From Planctomycetales bacterium (lineage in GTDB: Bacteria > 4484-113): a stretch of DNA of 64,000 nt. The stretch is taken from positions 96,001-160,000 of the forward strand of contig JBBIRS010000001.1 in the NCBI GenBank assembly GCA_037441675.1, given 5' to 3'. Under the pieces are notes generated by a model. That model searched no databases and was not told the origin of the DNA. It worked only from the letters and a program-made list of their open reading frames with translations. Made by a program: the position numbers and the translations under genes. Below are positions 46,180 to 58,000 of the stretch, in pieces; the first letter of the stretch is position 1; the number at the start of each line of letters is the position of its first letter.

Positions 46180-48585
46180 ATGAGTACATCTCAGTTCACT
46201 GGCGTAATAGATAATAGGCGCAAAGGCGAAAGAATAGCGCTATTTCTAATAACCTGTCTGGCAAGCTTATTAGGCTTACATATCCTCGATCTTGGTCTTG
46301 ACAACCTGCATTTCAAGTTAACGCTTGTGCCCATTCTAATAGCAGGTTTTGCCTTCAGTTACTCTCTTGACGAAAGGTACCATCGCGTCACCCGTGTAAT
46401 CGTCAACATCCTTGCAGTCGTTTCAACCTTCTATTTCTTTCGGCAGATAATTAACGACCCAACTTCCCTCGGTAACTGGTTGGGTATGCTACTTGGCGTC
46501 CTGATGGTTCTTCTCAGTTTTGTAGCGTTTGCACCGGTTACTCACAGGATGTTTGCAACCATTGGAATAGTCTTCACTCTATTTTCTGCAGCAGCTAGCT
46601 ATGAGTTAAAGATTGTCATATTCTTTCCGATATTTATGGCATTAGCGGGGTGTCTTCTTTATTTTTCATATTCCTTGGAACTGGCTGAAAAGGCTCAGGG
46701 CTTTACCGTAAGTGAGGATAATCTCAATGAGAAGGCATCTCTACGATGGTTCTCAGCTCTAAGAATTATCATTCAACTTGTGTTTGGTGTATTTATTCTG
46801 TCTATTATTGTTTACGTTATTGTTCCGCATTACACTGACGTTAACCGCCCAGCTTTTCTATTACCAAGAAGCGGAAGTCTTGGCGATACCTTTAATGCTC
46901 TTAACTTAGAAGACGGACTAGACGAAACCGAAAGGACAGGTGAGGCATTGAATATCACTCGCTTTTCAGAGGAGTTTGATCTTTCCGGTTCTTCTTCAAT
47001 CTTTGGTGATAGGCGATTGTTCGAGAGTGATGAGCCAGCCATTGCAATGCGTAGCTCACAAAATTCTTATCTCAGAGGAGTGGTGTTTGATCTTTACACC
47101 GGCAGGCGTTGGATGACTTCTACTGATGCTGAAGCAGTTCGCATTAGACCGATCGGTGGTAGAAAATTTTATCTTCTCACAAACGTGTTCGGCTTCCCAC
47201 TTTTGGATTTTCCCTCGCGTACACTAGAGAAAAATTACCTCTCTAGGATTAACGTCAGTGTAGTTGAAGGAAATCAATATTCATCAACTCAGAATATAGA
47301 ACTAAATTATGACCTGCACACACAAGAAATTGAGTTTCTAAAGGATCATCCGCCAGTGATTTTCACTGCCTATCAACCAATTAGGATTGAAAACCTTAGC
47401 GCCGTTAGAAGGGCAAACGAACTGGCAGAAAGCCCCGTTCCCTTTATGGATGCTTTCTCTATCGTAAGAACTAGGCTTTCCAGACATCCCGCAGGATTTA
47501 GATACAATGCAACGGTCTTAAGCCCAAGGTATACTCGGTCAGCTTTAGTGCTAGCGGGTGATGGAGTTCCAGAAGGGATACGTAAGCTATACCTCCAGTT
47601 GCCGACCGAAGAGAATCTAAAAGCACTCAAAGAGATTTATGGTGATGATGTCGCGCCAGTATCCGAGAGAGTTCGTCGGCTAGCGAGAACGATAGTTTCC
47701 GAAAGCCAAAATGTTTACGAAAAGGTTCAAAAGATTTACGATTATCTAATGAGCGAGCTAACTTACACGCTGGACTTTCCTCCACTTCCAGCTGGAGCAG
47801 AAGCAACAGAGTACTTTCTTTTTAAGACGCAGAATGGTTTCTGTATGCAGTTTGCTTCTGCAATGGCGGTTCTTTTAAGGCTCAATGACATACCCGCACG
47901 AGTGGTTGCCGGCTATGCTCCAGGACAATATTCAATAATTCAGAACAAATATATATTCAAAGATAAAAATGCTCATGCGTGGGTGGAGGTATACTTTGAT
48001 GGCATTGGCTGGGTGCCCTTTGACCCCTCACCAACCTCCTCGGATATCTTCACTCTTTCCGGTGTCAAGGCTATTGGTTCCACACTCCTTAATTTCCTTG
48101 AAAACCTCTTCGTAATTGACCCCCAAGGTGCTAGGCTTACCCTTTTGAAATTTCTTAAGGGCGTTTACACCATAATAGCGCCAATTGCGCTGAAGTTCTG
48201 GTATATTCCAGTGGTATTGGTTGGCTTCCTGCTCTTTTTAGTTATCGCTTTACATTTTCATAAAAGGATAAAAAGATTCAAACAGTTTTACGCCGAGAAT
48301 GAAATAGTAGAATGCTTCAGAGAATTTCAAGAAACTCTTAGTAGATATGCAATGCCCCGTGAGGCTTATGAAACCGCTGGAGAATACTACGGAAGAATTT
48401 CTTATGTCTTTACTCCATTAAGGGACAGCTTAAAAGAATTTATTGACATCTACAGTCGAGCAGCATTCTCAGGAAGAATACCAACAGAACGGGATATCTC
48501 ATTCGCTAGGGAATTCACTTCAAAGGCAAGGGAGTATATTGCCTCAGCTTCGGGGGACGAGATTAAAGATGCAAGTAGTATTTAA
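46180..48585 (+). CDS. Membrane transglutaminase-domain protein (TgpA/DUF3488 type)
   Basis: Multiple N-terminal TM segments; YLRGVVFDLYTG; catalytic triad GFCMQFAS / HAWVEV / WVPFDP; C-terminal TM plus DUF4129-like tail. Confidence 0.9.
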   Translation: MSTSQFTGVIDNRRKGERIALFLITCLASLLGLHILDLGLDNLHFKLTLVPILIAGFAFSYSLDERYHRVTRVIVNILAVVSTFYFFRQIINDPTSLGNWLGMLLGVLMVLLSFVAFAPVTHRMFATIGIVFTLFSAAASYELKIVIFFPIFMALAGCLLYFSYSLELAEKAQGFTVSEDNLNEKASLRWFSALRIIIQLVFGVFILSIIVYVIVPHYTDVNRPAFLLPRSGSLGDTFNALNLEDGLDETERTGEALNITRFSEEFDLSGSSSIFGDRRLFESDEPAIAMRSSQNSYLRGVVFDLYTGRRWMTSTDAEAVRIRPIGGRKFYLLTNVFGFPLLDFPSRTLEKNYLSRINVSVVEGNQYSSTQNIELNYDLHTQEIEFLKDHPPVIFTAYQPIRIENLSAVRRANELAESPVPFMDAFSIVRTRLSRHPAGFRYNATVLSPRYTRSALVLAGDGVPEGIRKLYLQLPTEENLKALKEIYGDDVAPVSERVRRLARTIVSESQNVYEKVQKIYDYLMSELTYTLDFPPLPAGAEATEYFLFKTQNGFCMQFASAMAVLLRLNDIPARVVAGYAPGQYSIIQNKYIFKDKNAHAWVEVYFDGIGWVPFDPSPTSSDIFTLSGVKAIGSTLLNFLENLFVIDPQGARLTLLKFLKGVYTIIAPIALKFWYIPVVLVGFLLFLVIALHFHKRIKRFKQFYAENEIVECFREFQETLSRYAMPREAYETAGEYYGRISYVFTPLRDSLKEFIDIYSRAAFSGRIPTERDISFAREFTSKAREYIASASGDEIKDASSI

Positions 48586-49327
48586 CGCGGATGACTTTGG
48601 CTTACATCCCGTGATTTCAGAAGGGATATTGAGGGCGCTTGATGCTGGTATCGTTCGTTCTACCTCGGTTCTGGCTACAACGGTAAGCTTGGATGAGCTA
48701 AACTCCTTTGAGAGGCTGAAAATAAGGGGAGGTTCTCTAGGCATCCATCTTTCCCTTACGCAGGGGAAACCCCTCACGGATTTTCCAGATGAATTTCTGA
48801 ACGAAGACAAGAAATTCAAGAAAGAAATTATGTTTTCTCCGATGGGTATTCCCCGTTTAGCCGAGGATATTCTTGAAAAAGAAATTCAAGCCCAGGTTGA
48901 AGCAATTATGCCATACGGTCCAACTCACATTGATTCTCATCATCACATTCATTCGTTCCACTCAGTCCTTCAGATTGTTGCGAGATTCGCGCAAAAGTAT
49001 GGCTTAGCGGTCAGAGCTCTTTCTGAAAGTATGCGCGGTTATCTTATCTCACAAGGGGTTCGATGCTGTGATGTTTTTATAGATGGCTTTTTTGGGAAAA
49101 ATAACTTGACCGAGATGAAGTTACTAGCCTTGATAGAGGATGTATTACTTAAAGGCGCAAAAAAGGTAGAAGTTATGTGTCATCCTGGTTTCTCTAACAA
49201 TCTCCCAAGGGGATTGACCTCATATGCAGATGAGAGAGAAATAGAACTCGGCATTCTAACCTCATCAGAACTTGCCAGCGAACTGAAACGAAGAGGGATT
49301 GAAATTATTAGCTATGACGCGGTTTAG
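48569..49327 (+). CDS. ChbG/YdjC/HpnK family carbohydrate deacetylase
   Basis: NADDFG, GIHLSLT, THIDSHHHIH, EVMCHPG. Confidence 0.9.
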   Translation: MQVVFNADDFGLHPVISEGILRALDAGIVRSTSVLATTVSLDELNSFERLKIRGGSLGIHLSLTQGKPLTDFPDEFLNEDKKFKKEIMFSPMGIPRLAEDILEKEIQAQVEAIMPYGPTHIDSHHHIHSFHSVLQIVARFAQKYGLAVRALSESMRGYLISQGVRCCDVFIDGFFGKNNLTEMKLLALIEDVLLKGAKKVEVMCHPGFSNNLPRGLTSYADEREIELGILTSSELASELKRRGIEIISYDAV

Positions 49328-51983
49328 TATTTATCTAGAAGCTCTCGTAATCGTCACGGTTATGCCGTTATTCTTTTCTTGCGCTAGTGAAACTTCTGTG
49401 AGTGGCAGTAATCTTAGTTCTAGGGTTAATTATTCTCGACCTGGTGCCCATCCAATTGCGTCGGAACTTTCATCCCTAGACTCTGCGCTCAGGATTGGTT
49501 CATTCTATTTAATCTTTGGTAAGAATTCACCCTTGCGCGCAGAACTTGAGGAAGAAAATATAATTTTCTCTACCGTCTCAAGTGGCGAGCTTAGGATAAA
49601 CGTAGTCCAGAAAATTTCATCCCCACTTGAATTTCAGATTTTATCTGATGATGGTTTAGTCGCGGATTACGTGTCTGTGATGAACATTGATGAAGCCGAT
49701 CAGAGTACTTTTGGTGTTTTAATATCGGATGATAAGCGTGGTATTTCAGAGATTTATTTTTCGTCAGTAAGAAGGGCGGAAGTTCCTCCATCAACACTAC
49801 TTGTAATTTTTAGAAAGCAGGCTTCGCATGAAAGAAGTATAAGCTACAAGGTATTTGGCAACCCTGTGGGAAAAGCTTCATCCAAAGTCGTCTCTAGGGC
49901 ATTTGAAGGTTCTAAAAACCAAGTTACAGACCTTTCAGCCTCACCATCAGATGGCGGCTTTAGCCTCAGATGGAAAGAAAAAAATAAGGGTGATTACAAC
50001 AATGACGGGAAAGTGACAATTGCAGACGTTAGACCATTAGCTCTTCATTTTTTCCACACTTCTCCCTATAACGGAAATGAGCCAAGAGATGCGCTGGACG
50101 CATTAATTGATGGAAATGAGGATGGCGAAATCGACATTCAAGATGTTCAAGAAATTGCTCTGAACTTCTTTTCCTTCATAGCTGGCTATGATGTGTTCAT
50201 TGTTCCACTTGAGTCTATTGATGATGAAGTAACTGAGAAGGATTTTCTCGCAAGTGGCTCAATTGCCAATCCGTACGATCCCAATAATCCACGTCCCACT
50301 GTTCCTCGTAGCAACTTCTACACAGATGGGCTACCTCCAAGCGAATTAATAGAATACACCTTTAATTATCCACTTTCTCCGGGTATTTACGCCGTTGCAG
50401 TTCGCTCTTATTCCGATGAAGATGATAACTATGATAGCGTCCCATTTTCCAACTTTGAGAAGTTTGAGATTTCTTCACTGCCGGTAAATCAGCCTCCACA
50501 GTGGACAAACCCCTCGGAGCCTGGCGTGTTGAGTTTTACCTCCCTAGATGGCGGGGCTAGAATAACCTTTGGTGATTCTTTTGATCCTGACGGTGATGAA
50601 ATTATTTATAGAATTTTCATCAAGCAAGGACCATCACTTGATCCTTCTGACCCAACGGTAACAAGAATTGATGTTCTAAGAAGCGACTTGACGAGTACCC
50701 AAACACCCCCATTCACTTACGACGTAGGTGCTCTTGTTAATGGCTTATTTTACTCAGCAATGGTTAGAATTTACGATGCACATGGATTGGAAGAGAGCCC
50801 ACCCAACTCAGTTGTTGCAACTTTTGTTCCACATTCAAGTGCCCCAAATCCCCTCCCCTGGCCATACTTTAGAAAGGATGAAGCAAGAACAGGGTTAAGT
50901 GTGTTGAATTCTCTACATGAGCCGCTGGAGGAAGTTTGGCGCAGAACTTATAAGGATTTCGGGTCTTTTAGCGGTGCTTCACCAGTGTTGGATGAAGCAC
51001 TGGTTTATATAGCTTCCGTAGATGGCGCAGTTTGGGCTTTTGACCAGATTACTGGTGAGCTCAAGCTGAAACAAACTTTATCTCCAGGTTCAATTGAATC
51101 GACAAGCGCACTTTACGGCGATTACCTTATTCAAGGCGTGAGAGGCAGGTATCTCATCCTAACACGAGATGAAGATGGGGGTATGGTTCAGTTTTCACAA
51201 TTCTCACTTGAGAGTCCTCTCGTGGTTCATTCGTCGCCGGTGATTATTGGTGGACTCATTTATGCAGGCAGTAACGAAGGCGATGTTTATGCGTTCAGCC
51301 TAGACGGTTTTCAACTCTGGAGGCAAGACCTAGGAGTTAGCAGGATTTCTTCAAGCCCCACTACCGACGGAGAGTTCTTATACGTGGCGAACGACGAAGG
51401 TTTTGTTTTCAAACTGAGCTTGGATAGCGGTGAAATCGTAGATTTTTCCAACGACCTTGGGGATATTAGCTTTACTTCTCCTATCCCATTTCCACCTGAA
51501 AATCCAAGTTACATTCTAATCGGAAGCGACTATGATGGGCAGGGGGATAATGGTGTTTTTAGGCTTAATGCCCAAGATTTCAAGGATTCAGTCAAGCTTG
51601 CGACCAATCGCGGTATTAGGTGCACGCCGTTGGTTATCCAAAATGGCGCTACTACAACAGTTGTCGTAGGCGACTTCAACCCAGGGCTTGTTCCTGATCC
51701 AGAAACCAGGATTTACGCGTTTAACCTGGAAACTGGCGAAAAACTTTGGGAAACTCCTCCAACAACAAATATCGGAGGAGTAGTTTCATCTCCGGTTGCG
51801 ACGGGGGACAGAATCTTTGTAGCTACTGCTACTGGGTTACTCTATGTTTTTGATTATGATGGAAACCAAATGGGGCAGGCCCTGAATGTCGGAGGGGCAG
51901 TTTACACTACACCTGCGATTAGAGAAAATTGGATTTACCTCACGAATAGCCTAGCCGAGATAGTGGCTTTTAGAACCCAATAA
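49314..51983 (+). CDS. Large lipoprotein with dockerin-like Ca-binding pair, FN3-like domain and PQQ-like (BamB-type) beta-propeller
   Basis: Lipobox-like FFSC; GDYNNDGKVTIAD and IDGNEDGEIDIQD; WPYFRKDEARTG; SPV...YIASVDGAVWAFD repeats. Confidence 0.75.
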   Translation: MTRFSIYLEALVIVTVMPLFFSCASETSVSGSNLSSRVNYSRPGAHPIASELSSLDSALRIGSFYLIFGKNSPLRAELEEENIIFSTVSSGELRINVVQKISSPLEFQILSDDGLVADYVSVMNIDEADQSTFGVLISDDKRGISEIYFSSVRRAEVPPSTLLVIFRKQASHERSISYKVFGNPVGKASSKVVSRAFEGSKNQVTDLSASPSDGGFSLRWKEKNKGDYNNDGKVTIADVRPLALHFFHTSPYNGNEPRDALDALIDGNEDGEIDIQDVQEIALNFFSFIAGYDVFIVPLESIDDEVTEKDFLASGSIANPYDPNNPRPTVPRSNFYTDGLPPSELIEYTFNYPLSPGIYAVAVRSYSDEDDNYDSVPFSNFEKFEISSLPVNQPPQWTNPSEPGVLSFTSLDGGARITFGDSFDPDGDEIIYRIFIKQGPSLDPSDPTVTRIDVLRSDLTSTQTPPFTYDVGALVNGLFYSAMVRIYDAHGLEESPPNSVVATFVPHSSAPNPLPWPYFRKDEARTGLSVLNSLHEPLEEVWRRTYKDFGSFSGASPVLDEALVYIASVDGAVWAFDQITGELKLKQTLSPGSIESTSALYGDYLIQGVRGRYLILTRDEDGGMVQFSQFSLESPLVVHSSPVIIGGLIYAGSNEGDVYAFSLDGFQLWRQDLGVSRISSSPTTDGEFLYVANDEGFVFKLSLDSGEIVDFSNDLGDISFTSPIPFPPENPSYILIGSDYDGQGDNGVFRLNAQDFKDSVKLATNRGIRCTPLVIQNGATTTVVVGDFNPGLVPDPETRIYAFNLETGEKLWETPPTTNIGGVVSSPVATGDRIFVATATGLLYVFDYDGNQMGQALNVGGAVYTTPAIRENWIYLTNSLAEIVAFRTQ

Positions 51984-52106
51984 CAGTCAGCATTTTCAAT
52001 TACCGCTAACTAAATCGTGTAATGATACTCCTCATTTTGTAATAATGCCCTAAAGCTTTAAACTTTACTAATAGTTTTTTAGCCAATATACTAATAAATA
52101 ATCAGG

Positions 52107-52853
52107 ATGAAGTACGCTCTGAATGCGCTGGATTTTGTGGGTGGCTTAGGTGTGTATTTGTGGAGGACTTTATACTTTCTCGCCACAGGGAAACTTAACT
52201 ACAGACTAACTACTCGCCAAATGGATCTGCTCGGGATTAATTCAGTTCCCCTTGCTATGTTAGTATTAGCTTTTGTCGGGGCGACTGTAACTTATCTACT
52301 CGTTGAAGAACTTGGTAAACGTGGTCTTAGTTCTTACATTGGTGGATTTCTTCTCGTGGGATTACTGAGAGAACTTATCCCAATACTTACCGGGGTTGTT
52401 TTGGCAGGCAAGGCTGGAGCTGCAATTACTAGTGAAATTGGGTCGATGAAAATAACCTCGCAGATTGATGCCCTTGAAGCGCTTTCCACTGACCCACATT
52501 GGTTTCTAACCGCTCCCCGAGTAATAGCTCTTATCATCACAACACCTGTAGTGGGAACGTTTGCAGGTTTTGCTGGTTTTTATGCTGGCTACTTTATGGT
52601 TTACGCCAAGCTTGGTATGCCATTTGCGGGTTATGTCGCTAATATAGATAAGTTTGTAACTGATAACGACTTCTTTGCCTGTTTAATAAAGCTCATTATC
52701 TTCGGTGCCGTTGTAGCTATAACTGGCTGTTTTATGGGCTATCGCGTGGAAGGTGGCGCTGAAGGCGTGGGCAAGTATGTCACATTGTCTGTTGTCTTGA
52801 GTATAGTTTTAATCTTTGGCCTTGACCTTCTCTTATTGCCAGTACTATTTTAA
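52107..52853 (+). CDS. mlaE: MlaE family ABC transporter permease
   Basis: [44 protein letters not shown]. Confidence 0.93.
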   Translation: MKYALNALDFVGGLGVYLWRTLYFLATGKLNYRLTTRQMDLLGINSVPLAMLVLAFVGATVTYLLVEELGKRGLSSYIGGFLLVGLLRELIPILTGVVLAGKAGAAITSEIGSMKITSQIDALEALSTDPHWFLTAPRVIALIITTPVVGTFAGFAGFYAGYFMVYAKLGMPFAGYVANIDKFVTDNDFFACLIKLIIFGAVVAITGCFMGYRVEGGAEGVGKYVTLSVVLSIVLIFGLDLLLLPVLF

Positions 52854-52854
52854 G

Positions 52855-53637
52855 ATGTTGGAACTTAGAAAAGTTAGCGCTGGCTATAATGGCCAGGTAG
52901 TCCTTAAAGATATTAACCTAAATGTCCCCGAGCAAAGCATAACTGCCATCATAGGAACTTCTGGCTCCGGCAAAAGCACTCTCTTGCGAGTGATAATGGG
53001 CTTCTTAAAGCCTTACTCCGGAGAAGTGCTCGTTGATAACGAAGACATAGCAAATAGTAGCCCCGCTTCAGTTGCCAAGCTTCGGGAGAAGATGGGATTG
53101 GTTTTCCAGGAGCTAGCTCTCTTTGATTCATTAACGGTGGAAGAAAACGTTGCTTTCTACCCACATTACCGCCAGAAACGCAAATGGAGGGAAGTTGTCC
53201 CCCTTGTGAAAGGGATACTAAAGGAGTTGGGTCTTGAAGGTTTGGAGAAGAAATATCCTTCAGAGCTTTCGGGGGGAATGAAACGGAGGGTTGCAATTGC
53301 CCGTTCTCTCATATATCGCCCAAAGATACTACTTTACGATGAACCAACAGCTGGTTTGGATCCTACAACAACCGCATTGGTTAACGACCTAGTTGTTGAA
53401 ATGCGCACCAAGTTCAAGGTCAGCTCCTTAATCGTGACTCACGATTTGGAAAGTGTTCTTAACATTGCGGATAATGTTTATCTACTATCAAATGGCACTG
53501 CCAGTTTTATTGGCGCTCCCATATCACTGCTTGTTAGCAATGACGAGCGGGTGGTTAAATTTACCGCCTCTTGGCGTAAGTATTTCAGAGAAATCCAAGG
53601 TATAGTTGAAAGAGAGGAGAGTGGAACCATCAATTAG
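52855..53637 (+). CDS. mlaF: MlaF family ABC transporter ATPase
   Basis: [48 protein letters not shown]. Confidence 0.92.
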   Translation: MLELRKVSAGYNGQVVLKDINLNVPEQSITAIIGTSGSGKSTLLRVIMGFLKPYSGEVLVDNEDIANSSPASVAKLREKMGLVFQELALFDSLTVEENVAFYPHYRQKRKWREVVPLVKGILKELGLEGLEKKYPSELSGGMKRRVAIARSLIYRPKILLYDEPTAGLDPTTTALVNDLVVEMRTKFKVSSLIVTHDLESVLNIADNVYLLSNGTASFIGAPISLLVSNDERVVKFTASWRKYFREIQGIVEREESGTIN

Positions 53638-53656
53638 TTAATACTAGGAGTGGAAT

Positions 53657-55000
53657 ATGAGAGGCATATCGGAACAGGTGAAAATTGGAATTTTTATTGT
53701 TATTGCGGTTGGATTAGCCTACTTCGGCTACAACTCAGTTATAAAAATTACAAAACCTAGTACTTACTCAGTTAAAGTTGAATTTAAGGATGCACGTGGA
53801 ATTTCAAAAGGGACGCCTGTGCGTCGGGCGGGAACCGACATTGGCTGGGTAGAAAGTGTTAGCCTTGATTCGGAAAGGGGAATCGCCGTTGCTGACGTTA
53901 GGATATTATCAAGAGCAACATTTCCCAAAGATGCCATATTCTACATAGTTTCGGAAGGGTTGATTGAGGAAAAGTTTCTCCTGATTCGTGATAGTCCAAA
54001 ACCCACTCCTGGACTTGGATACGCTGAGGAAGGAGATATTTTTCAGGGTGAGCTTGCCCCAGGCTTTACCGATATACTGAGAAGCGCAAACGAGGCACTA
54101 ATACAAGTAAACCGAATACTGAATGTAGCTGGCTCCTTTATGAGTGAAGAAAAACTGGGAGGAATAGTTCAGGAGCTACTTTCTGAGCTTAATTCTACTA
54201 TAGGTTCAGCGAGGGTAGTTTTGGAGCGAATAAGCTCGCTTCTAGGCTCAACTCAAGGAGATATAACCGATACAGTTAAAAATATTCAACAAGCCACTTC
54301 CGACTTGAGCGAGGTTTCAAGGGAAGTTAAGTTAGCGGTTCAACAGACCGACTTACCAAATAGAGTGGAAGCACTTCTTATGCAGATTGATGCTAGCCTT
54401 TCTTTGATAAATAAAATCGCCTCAGATATAGCAGAGCTTACCTCTGATGAGCAGTTCAAGGACGATATTAAGGGGGTTTTCCATGAGGGGAAAGAAGCTC
54501 TGACGGAAAGTAAAGAAACCCTAAAAACGCTGAGGGGAACTTTAGAGAAGGTGGACAAAAAGCTAGAAAGATTTGGAGGTTTGGGGTTTGAGGGAAAGTT
54601 GAATATTAGAAATGAAAGTACTCACAATAAGAGTAGAAGTGATAATGCCTATATTGATGTCAAAACGAGGGTAACTGTGGGTGAAAATAGCCTTGACCTC
54701 GGTGTAGAAAATCTTAGCGAAGACACCCCTGAAGACGCAGGAATGGTTCTACAAGTTGGAAAGAAAGCTGGGGATTCTATTCTTGTTCGTGGAGGGGTTT
54801 ATCGTGATGAGCTTGGAGTAGGTGTTGATCTTTTTGGTGGAGATTCTGTTTCGCTCTCATTAGATGCTTTTAATCTAAACAATCCCGCTCTGAATTCATA
54901 TCTCACTTTACCCTTTCCGCGTAGGTTCAAACTTCTCCTGGGAGTGGAGGATGTAGGAGACCGCAATCAATACAACGCAGGTATACAGGTGCACTTTTAG
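53657..55000 (+). CDS. mlaD: MlaD/MCE protein with long helical region and C-terminal beta-rich domain
   Basis: TM segment then FKDARGISKGTPVRRAGTDIGWV MCE motif; about 170 aa of heptad-like helix; ends YNAGIQVHF. Confidence 0.88.
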   Translation: MRGISEQVKIGIFIVIAVGLAYFGYNSVIKITKPSTYSVKVEFKDARGISKGTPVRRAGTDIGWVESVSLDSERGIAVADVRILSRATFPKDAIFYIVSEGLIEEKFLLIRDSPKPTPGLGYAEEGDIFQGELAPGFTDILRSANEALIQVNRILNVAGSFMSEEKLGGIVQELLSELNSTIGSARVVLERISSLLGSTQGDITDTVKNIQQATSDLSEVSREVKLAVQQTDLPNRVEALLMQIDASLSLINKIASDIAELTSDEQFKDDIKGVFHEGKEALTESKETLKTLRGTLEKVDKKLERFGGLGFEGKLNIRNESTHNKSRSDNAYIDVKTRVTVGENSLDLGVENLSEDTPEDAGMVLQVGKKAGDSILVRGGVYRDELGVGVDLFGGDSVSLSLDAFNLNNPALNSYLTLPFPRRFKLLLGVEDVGDRNQYNAGIQVHF

Positions 55001-55003
55001 GTC

Positions 55004-58000
55004 GTGAAAAAAAAACCTAAAATACCTCGCTTCATCATCATTCTGTTCTCGTTTCTACTCATACTTTCTTCTGTTCTCTTATACCTTCTTTGGCTGAAAG
55101 TTCCGAAAATATTGGAGGAGAAAACAAAGGCGCTGATAAACGATTTTGTGCAGAAAAGCGAAATTGGAGAGCTTAAATTCGATTCAATAAGCCTTAGACT
55201 TGCTTTTCCATCTTCAATTATTCTAAGAAATGTTGAATTAAGAATACCAGAGCAAAATGAATCGCTTCTCACTGCCAAATCAGTTAGGCTGAGCTTACCT
55301 CTCGTTAAAGTCCTAAGGGGAAAGTATCCAATCAATGTCAACTTAACTTTTGAGAAAGCAAAAATCACGATTCACTACTTTGGCAATGGTAAATTCAGCA
55401 TTTCCCCTATGATCGAAAGCTTGCTGAGAAAAAAGAAAAAGGTCACAGAAGTATCGAGTATTCGAGCGTCTTCTCAAAACTTATCTATGATAATCTTGAT
55501 GGATGAGGGTAGTTCTTCTGATATCTCAACTGCTATAAAGAATAATATTTTGCCTAGAAGGGCTTCCCTGCTAAAGAACTTAGACAAGATTTCTAAAATG
55601 TATCATGTAAAGTGGGAAGGGGGAGCGGTTTCAATAGTTGACGAACTATTAACGAGTTTGAGTTTTATTAAACCACGAAAGGCTGTTAACTTTAATCTCA
55701 CATTTAGCTTCAATCATATCTTCCAAACGGGAATGAGCTATGTTCACCTGCGTTTAACCTCTCCTGTTAAAGCTGAATTCAAATCAACCCTTTCCTTTAT
55801 ATCAGGGAAGTATGAAATCAACGGGAAAGTGAATGAGTTAATACCTTCAGATTTGCCATTGTCTCTTCCAAGAATTTTAGAAAAATCGATGGAAAAGACT
55901 GTCTTGTCTCTTTCCGGCGTTCAGATTAGTATTTCACCTAAAAAGAGAAAAGTGTTGTTTGATACTCTGCTAAAAGACCTCACAATTCCCCTTGGCGGTA
56001 ATAATGAGATAAAAGTGCCAACTATTACGGTAGTGAAAAAGGCGCAAGGATATTTTCTTAAAAGTAAGCTAAGCATAGTTGAAGGCATAGCTGATGTAAG
56101 TTTAACTTGGGGCAAAACTCCACTCCTAGCGCTTAAATTCAACGATTTTCCTTTCAGCAGTATTGCGAAATCAATCGGTGCCTTTAGTGTTGCCTCTATG
56201 GATGGAGAGCTAACGTTGAAAAAGACGAACTCCCAATGGTTGAGTAACCTTAACCTCAATCTAACGGACTTAGAAGCAGAGACTAAAAAAGTTTTGGACA
56301 TACTAGAACTAAAGGGTCAGGTTTCTAATCAATTAAATCTAAGGCTAAATGGTTTTAAGCAAAGAAGGAGGAATTTCTCCCTACTTGTAAGTGGTAATAG
56401 CAAAGCTTTCAAATATAAAGCTAGTTTCTCCTTCACAGGGGGGGAAATAGATTTAGCTCAAAGTATCCAATTAGAATTCCCTATATCCCTCTCTCATTTA
56501 CATGGGCTCACAGAGGGGGAGATAAAGATTTCTCCCCTTCGTATTGAAGGGTCATTTAAGGATACAAGGGCAGAATTTCCCGATTTTTCGGTTCTTTTAA
56601 GTAAGGGAGAAGTTTCAATTACCTCTCAAGCATTTTCGCTCTCACTCAGTGAAGGTGCGCTAATTTTATCTGCTCCATTCAAAGACCAGCATATCCTTCA
56701 AGAGTTGTTGCCCACAAGATTCAAATTAGCAGGTGGTTTCTTTGGAAGTAGAAAGAAGGATTCTTGGCAATTTGGCTGTAATTTATCTGGCGAAGGAAAA
56801 GGCTTGAAGTTCCCAATTAGATACAGACTTGAAGCTAAAGGCGAAGCCTCTGAGATAAAAACAAACCTGACATTTTATGGTTTTTTTCGTGATGAACCTC
56901 TTTTTGGCGTGGCAAACGCCATCGCTACTTTCGCTGGCTTAAAAGGCTTCTCCCTTGAGGGTAACCTTGGGAGAACAGAGTTTACCGCGTTTGGTGATAT
57001 TCCCATTGGCGGTTCATTAAATCTGGGCTTCAACGCACGTGGCGTGCGCTTTAACGTAAACAATGCAATTGTGAAGCAAATAGGGGAAGCAACTATAGGT
57101 GGGCAAGTATCAGGAACTTGGTCAAAGCCGATTATCTCCGCCATTATTAGTATTCCTAGGGTGTATCTTAGAGAGATAAAATCCGCCGATAAAGAATTTA
57201 GCCTTATACGAAACGTTAGCCTGCCAATCAGCTGGAATAATAATCAATTAACTTTTCACGAGGGCACCTTCTTTTATAATGGCTCTCTCTGTTACTTTCA
57301 AGGCATAGTTCAAGGGGGAAAGTCAGATTTCAGCATAACCTCACCAGCTTTTAGCCTAGCTCCTGTTTTGAAAGCGCTCTTCGTAAATCAAACATTTCAA
57401 TGGGTCGGTAATGGCGAATTTTCAGCTAGGATAATTTCTCAGAACTCTTCCACTATCTATAAAGCTTCCTTTTCGCAGAGAACGGGAACGTGGGAAGATG
57501 TTGGCATTAAGCGAGTGAACTTTCGCATAAGTGGCGATAACAACCATTTACGGGTTAGTCAAGGAGAGATTAATCTTGACAAAGGGGGAGCTAAAATCTC
57601 AGGCATCCTTTATTTTGGAAGTGGGCGAGAAAGTGAAGTCACTGCCATATTTGATGATTTCCCATTGTTCGCCGACTTGAGAGGTGCAATAGTCACCCCC
57701 TTCAGTGACATTAAAGGTTATCTCTCAGGCACTATTAGGCTAGCTAATGTTGGTGGTGAATTTCTTGTCTCTGGTGACGTTTCATTGCGCGATGCAAAAC
57801 TTCTTGGAACTAATTTTGATACGTTTAAGGTACGCTTTTTCCAGGAAAGAAATGGCGTTCAAATTGATGAATTAGTTCTTTTTAATAACGAGAACTACCT
57901 ACAAGGTTACGGCTTTTGGGGGGAGAACCCCGCAGATACATTGATAAACCTAGAGGTTCCCCTTATCAATATGGCAATCTTTTCGCCATTTGTTCCAGTT

